From positions 1-56,783 of the forward strand of contig CANQMM010000002.1 of NCBI GenBank assembly GCA_947624955.1: a DNA stretch of 56,783 nucleotides. Reading direction: 5' to 3'. Below, one piece after another: positions 1-9,111 of the stretch. The first letter of the stretch is position 1; each line of letters opens with the position of its first letter. Made by a program: the position numbers and the translations under genes. This stretch comes from an uncultured Bacilli bacterium (lineage in GTDB: Bacteria > Bacillota_I > Bacilli_A > RF39 > UBA660). The notes under the pieces are model-generated. The model did no database searches, was not told the DNA's origin, and saw only the letters and a list, made by a program, of their open reading frames with translations.

Positions 1-82
1 TTCCCAAGAAAATCGGGAATTTTATTCTATAACTTGATTTTTTTAAATTTTAGAGAATTTACATTTTAATTCAGTCAAAAAA

Positions 83-598
83 CTACTTAAGGTAGCCATT
101 TTGAATAAATTTAGTATCATTAACAATAATAAAGGCACTATCATCAAGGGAATGGATTAGATTAGTTAATTTCTTTAAAGATTTATTATTGATTTGGATA
201 TAGAGCATTTGTTTTTTGTTACCATCTTCATCTTCTTGTAAATCCATAATGGAAATACCATAACCGTGTTTTCTAATTAAAGCAATATCTTTTTTAGTAA
301 TAGCTTTACTGATAACTTGAACCCCTACTACGCCTTTAACTAAATATTTAGATAGAAATGTCCCAATAAGCGTACCGGAGGCAAAACCACCGGCATAGGA
401 AATGCCAATCCATAAGCTATCTACAGTAGTATTAAGGGCTTCTCTTGCAATATAAAACCAAATAAATACTTCGAAGAAGGCAATTAAACCGGCGACCCAA
501 GTCTTTCCTTTAACCATTACGATTGTTCTAATTGTACCTAAAGAAACATCGAGAATACGAGCAAAGAATATCTTTAAACAAAGTAATGGTAAATTCAT
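83..598 (-). CDS. UPF0316/DUF2179-like small membrane protein
   Basis: ORF 83..652 trimmed to the ATG at 598 (MNLPLLCLKIFF...), which has AAGGA upstream. N-terminal TM helices are followed by a soluble C-terminal domain. Family assigned by motif recall only. Confidence 0.6.
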   Translation of the reverse strand: MNLPLLCLKIFFARILDVSLGTIRTIVMVKGKTWVAGLIAFFEVFIWFYIAREALNTTVDSLWIGISYAGGFASGTLIGTFLSKYLVKGVVGVQVISKAITKKDIALIRKHGYGISIMDLQEDEDGNKKQMLYIQINNKSLKKLTNLIHSLDDSAFIIVNDTKFIQNGYLK

Positions 599-612
599 AT
601 TATCAATCCTTC

Positions 613-864
613 TTATAGCATTTTTAAGACTGCTAGAAGAATAATTATACAAATTGTCAGGATGATAAATAAGTAAGCTTTACTAGAACTTTCTTGATGT
701 TTTTCCGTTTTATATTTAGCCGTATTTTTATTCGAATAGTAATCCCACTTATTTAATTCATTTTGTTTTTGCATTTGTAATTCTTCTATACTCATAGTTT
801 TACCACAATTAGGACAAACTATACCTTTTGAGGGTAAGGCATAACCACAATATTTACAATGCAT
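613..864 (-). CDS. zinc-ribbon protein with C-terminal TM helix
   Basis: CKYCGYALPSKGIVCPNCG (CxxC-x12-CxxC) plus a hydrophobic tail YLFIILTICIIILLAVL. Its ATG overlaps the trmL stop (TAATG). Confidence 0.5.
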   Translation of the reverse strand: MHCKYCGYALPSKGIVCPNCGKTMSIEELQMQKQNELNKWDYYSNKNTAKYKTEKHQESSSKAYLFIILTICIIILLAVLKML

Positions 865-1376
865 TAATCATCATCCTCTAAATAAGTTTTACTTTTATGG
901 GGTTCATCTCTTAATAAGTCATTATAATTTTGTTGCCGTAAGGCTTCATAGACCATTATTGCTACCGTATTAGATAGATTTAAAGCGCGGACTTTGTTAG
1001 TCATTGGAAAACGCATACAGGTTGATAGATGTTCCTTTAAGATAGATTTAGGAATACCCGTACTTTCTTTACCAAAGACAAAGTAAATGTTTTCATCGGG
1101 ATTAGAATAGTCAAACTCCGTTGGAGGTTTATGACCATAACGAGTTAGGAAGTAGAACTTCCCGGTATTTTTACTAAAGAAATCGTCAATATTTTCATAG
1201 ACGGTATAATCACAATTATCGATATAATTAACGCCACTACGCTTAATATATTTATCTTCTAGGGAAAAACCTAAAGGTTTAATTAAATGTAATTTAGTAT
1301 TAGTAGCTACACAAGTACGCATAATATTACCGGTATTACCAGGTATTTCAGGTTCAAATAAAACAACATTTAACAT
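864..1376 (-). CDS. trmL: tRNA (cytidine/uridine-2'-O-)-methyltransferase TrmL (SpoU family)
   Basis: 170 aa. Motifs EPEIPGNTGNIMRTC, FVFGKESTGIP and LNLSNTVAI are typical of TrmL/CspR. Confidence 0.85.
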   Translation of the reverse strand: MLNVVLFEPEIPGNTGNIMRTCVATNTKLHLIKPLGFSLEDKYIKRSGVNYIDNCDYTVYENIDDFFSKNTGKFYFLTRYGHKPPTEFDYSNPDENIYFVFGKESTGIPKSILKEHLSTCMRFPMTNKVRALNLSNTVAIMVYEALRQQNYNDLLRDEPHKSKTYLEDDD

Positions 1377-1377
1377 A

Positions 1378-1929
1378 TTAATGGTTCTTATTGATTTGTT
1401 TAGTTTCTAGTAACTGTGCAAAATCTCCGGCTTGCATAATATTTTCGTCTTCGCGCGTGATGATTGTATCAACGGCGTTATCTTTAAAATAAATTATAGT
1501 AGGTACTTGAGTTATTTTCTTATCAGTTAAATTTAAGGCAGCATTTAATTTATCAAGGTAGTTGTCATCTGCCATCATATCGGTAACATTGATATAATAG
1601 ATGTAGTCTTTAAGATTATAATCATCAATAATCGGTTTTAGTTCTTCTTCTAATTCATATATTTTATTAGATTTAGTATAGCTTACATAGATAAAGTATT
1701 CACTAGCGGTTTCCCCAAATACAGATTCAATTGCTGATAGATCATCGATTTCGTGAACTAAAGTTTTCGTTTGCATTAAATAGCTAGTAGAAATTTTATT
1801 TTCATTAGAGACTTTATACCATTTGAATAGATATAAGCTTAACAGTATTACCGCTAAAATTATTAAACCGACAATGGCATAATTTTTAGGGGGAATTTTA
1901 CTACGTGATAGTTTATTTTGACTTTTCAT
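1378..1929 (-). CDS. membrane-anchored thioredoxin-fold-like protein (no CxxC)
   Basis: N-terminal TM (YAIVGLIILAVILLSLYLF). C-terminal segment with VPTIIYFKDN is typical of the Trx fold, but no active-site cysteines are present. Confidence 0.4.
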   Translation of the reverse strand: MKSQNKLSRSKIPPKNYAIVGLIILAVILLSLYLFKWYKVSNENKISTSYLMQTKTLVHEIDDLSAIESVFGETASEYFIYVSYTKSNKIYELEEELKPIIDDYNLKDYIYYINVTDMMADDNYLDKLNAALNLTDKKITQVPTIIYFKDNAVDTIITREDENIMQAGDFAQLLETKQINKNH

Positions 1930-2002
1930 AACATCTATCCTTTCTTATTTATATTTTAACACATGTATAAATTAAAGTAAATTAATCTAATTAAAAAAAG
2001 AC

Positions 2003-2566
2003 TTAATTGTCTTTTAATAATTTTTGATAATGGTCGAATAACTCTTTAAAACGGGTAAAATGAACGATTTCTCTTTGACGTAAAAATAGTAATGGACCAA
2101 TGACATCTTCGGTGGTTGCTAAATCAATGAGGTTTTCATAAACGGCACGTGCTTTTTGTTCAGCCGCCATATCTTCGGAGATATCGGCTAGAACATCACC
2201 GGTACTAGCAAAGTACATAACATTAAAAGGAACTCCTTCGGCATCAGTTGGGTATAAGCCTTTACCGTGGTCAGCATAGAAACCATCTAAGCCGGCTTCT
2301 TTTAATTCTTCAATAGTTGCGCCTTTAGTTAACTGACGGAACATCGTTGCAATCATTTCGACATGGCCGAGTTCTTCACAAGCGATATCGTTAAGCAATG
2401 CTTTACCTTTTTCATCCGGCATATTGAATTTTTGAGTGAAATATCTTAAAGCAGCTGCAAGTTCACTATTAGAACCACCAAATTGCGTATTGAGAGCTTT
2501 AGCCATTCTTAAATCTTTACTTTTGATATTGATGGGATAATTTAATTTCTTTTCATATTTATACAT
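2003..2566 (-). CDS. cotJC: spore coat protein CotJC / manganese-catalase family
   Basis: Motifs ELAAALRYFTQ, EELGHVEMI and EQKARAVYENL. Start moved to the ATG at 2566 (MYKYEKKL), with GAGG 9 nt upstream. It overlaps the upstream cotJ ORF end. Confidence 0.85.
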   Translation of the reverse strand: MYKYEKKLNYPINIKSKDLRMAKALNTQFGGSNSELAAALRYFTQKFNMPDEKGKALLNDIACEELGHVEMIATMFRQLTKGATIEELKEAGLDGFYADHGKGLYPTDAEGVPFNVMYFASTGDVLADISEDMAAEQKARAVYENLIDLATTEDVIGPLLFLRQREIVHFTRFKELFDHYQKLLKDN

Positions 2567-2969
2567 ATTTGACATCCTCACTTTCCCAAGGCCATGGATT
2601 TTTATACCAAACATATTGCATACTGTTAACATCAGTTAAGCAAAGTGGGCCGAATTTGGTTTCATATTCTTTCTTTAGTTTTTCACTTTCTTTGACATAG
2701 TCTTTGAATAGTAAATATTTCTTTTGTTCTTGAGGATAAATATCTAAATATAAATTTAAATCATTAATGGCAAAATCAAGAGCATAGATCTTTAGTAATA
2801 AAGTCTCTTTTTCATTTTTAGGAACAACTTTGAGCATTGAATAATTTTTGTATGGTTTATATAAATCGGGGAATAAATTTCCTCTTTGAAGTCCTTCTTC
2901 GGGACTATAAAGATTATTTCTTGGCATTTCTAAACCAAAAACACCATAATCTAAATCATTAAATAACAT
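2559..2969 (-). CDS. CotJA-CotJB fusion protein
   Basis: The N-terminal ~45 aa resemble CotJA (YSPEEGLQRGNLFPDLYKPY). The remainder resembles CotJB (LLLKIYALDFAINDLNLYLDIYP ... PWPWE). AGGAGG lies upstream of the ATG. Confidence 0.7.
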   Translation of the reverse strand: MLFNDLDYGVFGLEMPRNNLYSPEEGLQRGNLFPDLYKPYKNYSMLKVVPKNEKETLLLKIYALDFAINDLNLYLDIYPQEQKKYLLFKDYVKESEKLKKEYETKFGPLCLTDVNSMQYVWYKNPWPWESEDVKYV

Positions 2970-3024
2970 AACTACCTCCTAGTGATATAGTATGACACTA
3001 GTCTAGAAGGTATTGGATTATTGC

Positions 3025-5643
3025 CTAAGTATGGAGAATTAATTTATTTTTTCTTAAGTAAAATTTACGAATCCAATCAACGGGGATGACGGAGATGGCT
3101 AAGAATAGGACGATAAAGAATTCTTTAAAGGTTAGACCGTAGGTTCTAAATAAATCACCACCAAAGTAAATGAGATAGGTTTGGACAGTAATTATGAAGA
3201 CAATCACGGTAATAAATACTTTATTTTGATTGATGTTAGCTAAAAGATTAATTCTTTCGGTACGGGCATTAAAGGCATTAAATAATCCGATAAAGATAAA
3301 TAAGGCGAAATAAGCAGTCATTAAGTATTGATTAGCATCGCCAATTCTAATTAGGGCTTTGAATATCGGTAACTTTAGGAAAATAATACAAAGGATTGCG
3401 GAATATAAACCGGTAAATAATATTTCCCCATACATATAGTGATTAATGATGGGCTCGTCTTTTTTCTTAGGTGGTTCTTGCATATATTCTTTTAGAGCTG
3501 GTTCAAAGGAAAAGGCAATGCCGGCAAAGGTATCCATAATCATATTGATCCATAACATTTGAATAATTGTTACCGGAGTATTTACGCCAATAAAAGGGCC
3601 AATAATCGAGATAATCATCGCACACATATTGACAGTTAATTGAAAAATAATAAACTTACGAATACTCTTAAAAATAGTGCGGCCATAGAGAATGGCATTA
3701 CTAATCGATAGAATGTTGTCATCTAGGATAACGATATCCGAAGCTTCTTTACTTACTTCTGTACCACTACCCATGGCAAAACCGACATCGGCTTTTTTGA
3801 GGGCCGGAGCATCATTAACACCATCACCGGTCATTCCGACCACTAAATCTCTAGATTGCAAAAGTTTTACTAAACGGCTTTTATCACTAGGTAAACTCCG
3901 AGCAATGACTTTTAAACGGGGATAGAGTTTAAGGATAGCTTCATCGGACATTTGGGATAAATCTTGACTAGTAATCGCGATATCATCTTGGTTTTGGATA
4001 ATGCCACTTTCAATGGCAATCGATTTAGCAGTATCTAAATCATCGCCGGTTAGCATAATGGTTTGAATACCTGCTTCCGTAACTAATTTAATTCCCTCTT
4101 TAGTTTCTTCGCGGAGTTCATCTTTAATGAAGACTAAGCCAATAAAAGTAAAATTAGTTAAGTCTTGCGTTAGATGATAATTATCGCTATAAGCAAGAGC
4201 AATAACCCGCATTCCCCGACTCGTGGCGTGATGAATTTCTTCTTTTAAACCGGCGGTGTCAATCTTATAGGAGATGGTTCCACTAGGTAGTAAACATTTA
4301 TTACATTTATTTAAAATAATTTCCGGAGCGCCTTTTAAGTAAGTTAGGTAACGATCTTTTTTAATCGTTACTAAGGAGTATTTATCTTTACTGTTAAAAG
4401 GAATTTTGTTGACGATATTTGGCATTATTTCTTGCTGATTTTTGACAAATTTTAGTAAAGCTCGGTCGGTGATATTGCCACCGACAATTTCATCTTGTTC
4501 ATTATATTTACTAGCATTATTATAAATGAGGGACTCGCGGAAGATATGATGTAAAGTATCATAAGCGTAGAGGTCGCTTTCTTTTTTGAAATATTCTTTA
4601 TTACTGCTCATAAAGCCGATAACTTCTAGTTTGCCTTTAGTTAGAGTGCCGGTTTTATCCGTTAACAAGACATTTAGACTGCCAGCAGTTTCAATTCCGA
4701 CTAGTTTACGAACGAGGACATTACTTTTAAGCATCCGTTTCATATTGGAAGATAGGACTAAAGTAATCATCATTGGTAAACCTTCAGGAACAGCTACAAC
4801 GATGATGGTAACGCTTAAAGTTAAGGCATAAAGTAAATGGGAAAACATTAAGCGACCATTTAAAAGGGTCTCTTTAATTAGTGACCAATCGAAATGATTA
4901 GCAATAAAGATGACGGAGAAAAGATAAGATAAAGAAACTAAAAGAGCACCGACATAACCGATTTTACTAATAAATTCGGCAAGTCCTCTTAAACGTAGTT
5001 TTAGGGGACTGTCAGGAGTTACTTCTTGAAGGTCTTTAGCTAAACGACCATACTCCGTGTTAATCCCAACATTTTCGACTAGCATTAAAGCTTCCCCATT
5101 ATAGACCACACTACCCCGGTAGCAATAGTTCTCTCTTTTAATTTTACCGATGACTTTAGTCTTTTCAATTTCTTTGCTTTCCCCATTAAGGGCTGATTCA
5201 TCAACGGATAATTCGCCTTCTATCAGATAACCATCGGCGGGAATTTTATCGCCACTATTTAGAACAATAATGTCGCCGACAACAACATCATCAATTAAGA
5301 TTTCGGTAATTTGGTTATTTCTTTTGACTTTGGTTTTAATTTTACTCGACTCTTCTTGTAAGCGGGCAAAGGCGGCTTCACTACCATATTCGCTGACTGT
5401 GGATACTAAGGAGGCGATTAAAATAGAGGCGACAATACCGATAGTTTCATACCAATCAAAGTCTTGAAATAGAAATAATAATTTGATACCAAGAGCAATT
5501 AAGAGTATACGAATTATGGGGTCTCCTAAAGACTCCATAAATAATTTTAAAAAGCTATTTTTCTTTTGATAATTAATTAGATTAGTGCCATTTTTACGAC
5601 GAGAATTTAGTACTTCTTCATCTGTAAGTCCTGTATTTTTCAT
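3025..5643 (-). CDS. P-type Ca2+-transporting ATPase (P2 type)
   Basis: 872 aa. Motifs DKTGTLT, PEGLP and TGDGVNDAPALKKADVG, with a 10-TM pattern. Confidence 0.85.
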   Translation of the reverse strand: MKNTGLTDEEVLNSRRKNGTNLINYQKKNSFLKLFMESLGDPIIRILLIALGIKLLFLFQDFDWYETIGIVASILIASLVSTVSEYGSEAAFARLQEESSKIKTKVKRNNQITEILIDDVVVGDIIVLNSGDKIPADGYLIEGELSVDESALNGESKEIEKTKVIGKIKRENYCYRGSVVYNGEALMLVENVGINTEYGRLAKDLQEVTPDSPLKLRLRGLAEFISKIGYVGALLVSLSYLFSVIFIANHFDWSLIKETLLNGRLMFSHLLYALTLSVTIIVVAVPEGLPMMITLVLSSNMKRMLKSNVLVRKLVGIETAGSLNVLLTDKTGTLTKGKLEVIGFMSSNKEYFKKESDLYAYDTLHHIFRESLIYNNASKYNEQDEIVGGNITDRALLKFVKNQQEIMPNIVNKIPFNSKDKYSLVTIKKDRYLTYLKGAPEIILNKCNKCLLPSGTISYKIDTAGLKEEIHHATSRGMRVIALAYSDNYHLTQDLTNFTFIGLVFIKDELREETKEGIKLVTEAGIQTIMLTGDDLDTAKSIAIESGIIQNQDDIAITSQDLSQMSDEAILKLYPRLKVIARSLPSDKSRLVKLLQSRDLVVGMTGDGVNDAPALKKADVGFAMGSGTEVSKEASDIVILDDNILSISNAILYGRTIFKSIRKFIIFQLTVNMCAMIISIIGPFIGVNTPVTIIQMLWINMIMDTFAGIAFSFEPALKEYMQEPPKKKDEPIINHYMYGEILFTGLYSAILCIIFLKLPIFKALIRIGDANQYLMTAYFALFIFIGLFNAFNARTERINLLANINQNKVFITVIVFIITVQTYLIYFGGDLFRTYGLTFKEFFIVLFLAISVIPVDWIRKFYLRKNKLILHT

Positions 5644-5691
5644 TGCTTGTCCTCCTAATAAAGTATATGGACAAGTTTAGAAAAAATTACT

Positions 5692-5722
5692 GATAAAAAA
5701 AGAAAAAAGAAGGAATCTTCTT
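5692..5722 (-). terminator. intrinsic terminator after the ABC gene
   Basis: On the minus strand, AAGAAG-attc-CTTCTT is followed by TTTTCTTTTTTT. The stem touches the stop codon. Confidence 0.45.
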
Positions 5723-8268
5723 TATTCAGTTCTTAAAGCGACTACCGGGTCTTTTTTACTAGCAATATGCGCTGGGATAAGTCCGGCGATAAATGTAAGT
5801 AATATAGATATGGCAATTAATATGATAGCTCCAACTAATGGTAATTTAGCTAAGCCACTAATGTCAGTAATACGATAGATAACGGCATTAATTGGAATAT
5901 TTAAGATAATGGTAACAATGATACCTAGAACCCCGGCAAAAGTTCCTTCGATTAAAGTCTCGGCATTGAATACGCGGGAAACATCTTTTTTTCTAGCCCC
6001 GATAGCTCTTAAAATACCAATTTCTTTAGTTCTTTCAATAACAGAAATATAAGTAATAATAGCTATCATAATAGAAGAAACGATTAGGGATATACTAACA
6101 AAGGCGATTAAAATGTAACTGATAGCATTGATGATTGTCGTTACTGAAGACATCATCGCTCCCACAAAGTCGGAATAAATAAGTTTATCGTCTTCATCCC
6201 GGTCACTGTTGAAATCATCGATAATTTCCACAATCTTATCTTTTGATTCAAAATCTTTAGGGTATAATTCAATAGTGTATGGATCATCTAAATCGATGAT
6301 GCCAAACTCTTGAAGATTAGATTCGTAAGTAGCACTTGCGGAAGCAGCGTATTGAATAGCTTCATTTTGCGGTAAGCTGGCTAGATACTGTTGTTGCTCA
6401 ATTGGCAGATTTTCAATATTAAATGGTTCCGTAGAGAAAGGACTGCCAGTTTTAACGTTGATGTCCTTATTACTTAATTGTTCTTTAGCAATCTCGGAGT
6501 TATTGATTTGAGCAGCGGTATACTCCATTAAATCTTTAGTATAACCAATAACGCCCGTTGTAACGGCGGAAGAATCTTCTTTGATTCTTAAGATACCAAC
6601 AACTTTAACATCTAGGGCATTTTGCAAAATATTTTTTAGATATTTTTCATCATTTCTTTTATCAACCCAAACACCACGCGAATTTTTTTGATAATAATCA
6701 GTATTTAAAACTAATTTATATGTAAGACCAATAATATCATCATAATCATAAGAAAGAACATCTTTCTTAGCAATTTCTTCGCCATTCATAATTTTAGTTA
6801 AGACACTTTTTAATTCTTCTTGGTCTAAAAGACCAAGAGAATAAAGGGCATAATCACTGATTTCATTATTTTGATCGGTAACTAAGACGACCTCATCATA
6901 ATTACTAGGTTTTCTACCGGCGATGAGTTCATATTGGGCATCTAAAACATCCTTTTTACTTGGTAATTCAACCCAAGAATTAACCTCGCCCATACCGGTC
7001 ATGGCAACCGAACTAGTCATATCATTACCGATGCCGAGATTTTCAAAGACCGTACTAGGATTTACTTGAACGATTTTACTTTCATAATCAGCTTTGTAAA
7101 TATTTAAATTTAAATTGTAAGTATAACGAATATCACTAACATAATTTTCAATATCGGCATTATTTTCTAGATATTCTTTAAAGGCTTTTAAATCGTTATT
7201 GCGCGTGCTACCAGCGATAGAAGTTAACATATCGCTCATAATATTATTAGAATAAACTTTATCTTTAGCGTGCGTCGGCTTTTCTTCTTCTTGCATCAAA
7301 GCTTGCATTAAAGTTGTTTGGTCCATCGTCGTTTTTTCCAAAGTCAAAGGATAGAGTGATAAGGTATCCGCTTCCACGGTTTCAATATAACTATTTAAAC
7401 CGTGAGATAAGGAAAGAATTAAAGCAATACCAATAATACCGATAGAACCGGCAAAAGCAGTCAGAATAGTCCGACCTTTTTTAGTTAGTAAATTATTTAA
7501 AGATAAGGATAAGGCCGTTTTTAAGCTCATCGAAGTCTTTTTACTTTTAGATTTTTCTATTTCGCTTGATTCTTTTGTTTTTTCTTTACCATCATAAGGA
7601 TTAGTATCATCAATGATTTCCCCATCTTTTAATTTGATGATTCGGGAGGCATACTGATTAGCTAATTCCGGATTATGGGTTACCATAATGACTAGTTTAT
7701 CTTTGGCAACCTTCTTTAATAGTTCCATAATTTGGGTACTAGTTTCAGAATCTAAAGCCCCTGTTGGTTCATCAGCTAAGAGAATATCCGGGTCATTAAT
7801 CAAGGCTCTTGCAATAGCAACTCTTTGCATCTGACCACCCGATAATTGATTAGGATTTTTACTCATATGTTTTTCTAAGCCGACACTTTTTAAAACGGCT
7901 TTAGCTTTTTTTCTTCTTTCAGTTTTGGAAACCCCGGAAAGAGTCAAAGCAAGTTCAACATTTTGTAAAACAGTTTGATGGGTAATTAAATTATAACTTT
8001 GGAAGACAAAACCTACCCGGTGATTACGGTAAGCATCCCAATCACGGTCGGTATACTTTTTAGTACTTACTTCATTGATAATAAGGTCACCGGAATCATA
8101 GTGATCTAAGCCCCCAATGATATTTAATAATGTAGTTTTACCACTGCCGCTAGGTCCGAGAATGGCTGCAAATTCATTCTTACGGAAGTTAACACTAACA
8201 CTGCTTAAAGCTTGTTGTTTAAATTCATTTGTTTCATATGTTTTAGTTATCTTTTTTATTTCAAGCAT
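5722..8268 (-). CDS. MacB-like ABC transporter, fused ATPase + FtsX-type permease
   Basis: Walker A GPSGSGKT, signature LSGGQMQR, Walker B LLADEPT. One TM, then a ~430-aa extracytoplasmic region, then 3 C-terminal TM helices. Confidence 0.85.
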   Translation of the reverse strand: MLEIKKITKTYETNEFKQQALSSVSVNFRKNEFAAILGPSGSGKTTLLNIIGGLDHYDSGDLIINEVSTKKYTDRDWDAYRNHRVGFVFQSYNLITHQTVLQNVELALTLSGVSKTERRKKAKAVLKSVGLEKHMSKNPNQLSGGQMQRVAIARALINDPDILLADEPTGALDSETSTQIMELLKKVAKDKLVIMVTHNPELANQYASRIIKLKDGEIIDDTNPYDGKEKTKESSEIEKSKSKKTSMSLKTALSLSLNNLLTKKGRTILTAFAGSIGIIGIALILSLSHGLNSYIETVEADTLSLYPLTLEKTTMDQTTLMQALMQEEEKPTHAKDKVYSNNIMSDMLTSIAGSTRNNDLKAFKEYLENNADIENYVSDIRYTYNLNLNIYKADYESKIVQVNPSTVFENLGIGNDMTSSVAMTGMGEVNSWVELPSKKDVLDAQYELIAGRKPSNYDEVVLVTDQNNEISDYALYSLGLLDQEELKSVLTKIMNGEEIAKKDVLSYDYDDIIGLTYKLVLNTDYYQKNSRGVWVDKRNDEKYLKNILQNALDVKVVGILRIKEDSSAVTTGVIGYTKDLMEYTAAQINNSEIAKEQLSNKDINVKTGSPFSTEPFNIENLPIEQQQYLASLPQNEAIQYAASASATYESNLQEFGIIDLDDPYTIELYPKDFESKDKIVEIIDDFNSDRDEDDKLIYSDFVGAMMSSVTTIINAISYILIAFVSISLIVSSIMIAIITYISVIERTKEIGILRAIGARKKDVSRVFNAETLIEGTFAGVLGIIVTIILNIPINAVIYRITDISGLAKLPLVGAIILIAISILLTFIAGLIPAHIASKKDPVVALRTE

Positions 8269-8295
8269 TTATAATCATCCTTTTCTGTAGTCTAT

Positions 8296-8324
8296 ATTAT
8301 AGCAAACATTAAGAAATATTACAA
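8296..8324 (-). promoter_or_regulatory. sigma-A-like promoter for the ABC gene
   Basis: Minus strand: TTGTAA, 17 nt spacer, TATAAT with a TGc extended -10 element. Confidence 0.45.
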
Positions 8325-8337
8325 ATAACCACATAAG

Positions 8338-8366
8338 CAAAAAAAATGAACCGAAGTTCATTTTTA
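8338..8366 (-). terminator. intrinsic terminator after the surface-protein gene
   Basis: ATGAAC-cgaa-GTTCAT hairpin flanked by an A-run and a T-run, immediately after the TAA stop. Confidence 0.6.
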
Positions 8367-8963
8367 GATACGATAGAATTTACTCTTGCTACGAGTTACA
8401 GCCATTGTAGTTAAACCAAGGACAGCGCCACCAATTAATACGGCATAGTTAGCAAATGCTCCAGTATCAGGAGTTGGAGCGGTTGGGTCACCATCAATGG
8501 TAAAGTCCGCACATTCTTGATTACCAGTATATTCGTTACCACCTTGCGTATAACTTTTAACATTAATACATACTTTACCACATTCTGTAGCATCAGGATC
8601 TAATCTAACTGTTAAGATACCAATATCAGCATGAGTCTCACTGATACCATTTACATCTTTAGATGTTAAGTTGATATCACCTTGGTGAGTACCATCAGCA
8701 ATAGTAGTAGAACCTACCCATAGAGAACCAATCTCAAATCCTTGGATAGTTAAACCATCGCCAGTTTCCGCAGTAGCTGATAATTTAGTTACTGTTGCTG
8801 AATCGACAGCATCCTTACTCATACGGTAAGTACAAATAGTTGATTCGCCTCTAGCTAATGATGTTTTATCACATTCAACGGTAAATCTAACTTCAGCTTT
8901 GGCAGAAATAGGTAAAATAACTAAAAGCGCAAATAATAGGACAAAACTCGACACTTTTTTCAT
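8364..8963 (-). CDS. secreted cell-wall-anchored protein with non-canonical sorting signal (TPDTG)
   Basis: Signal peptide MKKVSSFVLLFALLVILPISAKA. C-terminus is TPDTG + 21 hydrophobic aa + TRSKSKFYRI. TPDTG is encoded at 8460..8474. Confidence 0.6.
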   Translation of the reverse strand: MKKVSSFVLLFALLVILPISAKAEVRFTVECDKTSLARGESTICTYRMSKDAVDSATVTKLSATAETGDGLTIQGFEIGSLWVGSTTIADGTHQGDINLTSKDVNGISETHADIGILTVRLDPDATECGKVCINVKSYTQGGNEYTGNQECADFTIDGDPTAPTPDTGAFANYAVLIGGAVLGLTTMAVTRSKSKFYRI

Positions 8964-9111
8964 AATACAACCTCATTTCTCTTCTTTATTTTTCCCTTAT
9001 TGTGTATTTATTATAACACAATTTTGCGAAAAATAACTAATTTTGTGATTTTTTTTCAAAAAAGTGTAAATATATGGTATGATATTAAAAGAATAATAAG
9101 TGGTGAAGAGA

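Noticed and set aside
1-25. TTCCC-9 nt-GGGAA hairpin + TTTT at the very start of the window as a plus-strand terminator
   Set aside because: The stem is only 5 bp, and the gene it would serve lies outside the window. The evidence is insufficient.
2975-2994. CATACTAT on the minus strand upstream of the cotJ fusion gene as a sigma-E-type -10 box
   Set aside because: It lies so close to the SD that the 5' UTR would be about 0-5 nt. No properly spaced -35 (ATA-type) element was found. I cannot support the call.
3692-5467. Plus-strand ORFs 3692..3925, 4586..4831 and 5270..5467 inside the P-type ATPase gene
   Set aside because: They are antisense shadows within a well-supported 872-aa gene. They have no SD and their composition is the mirror of the coding frame.
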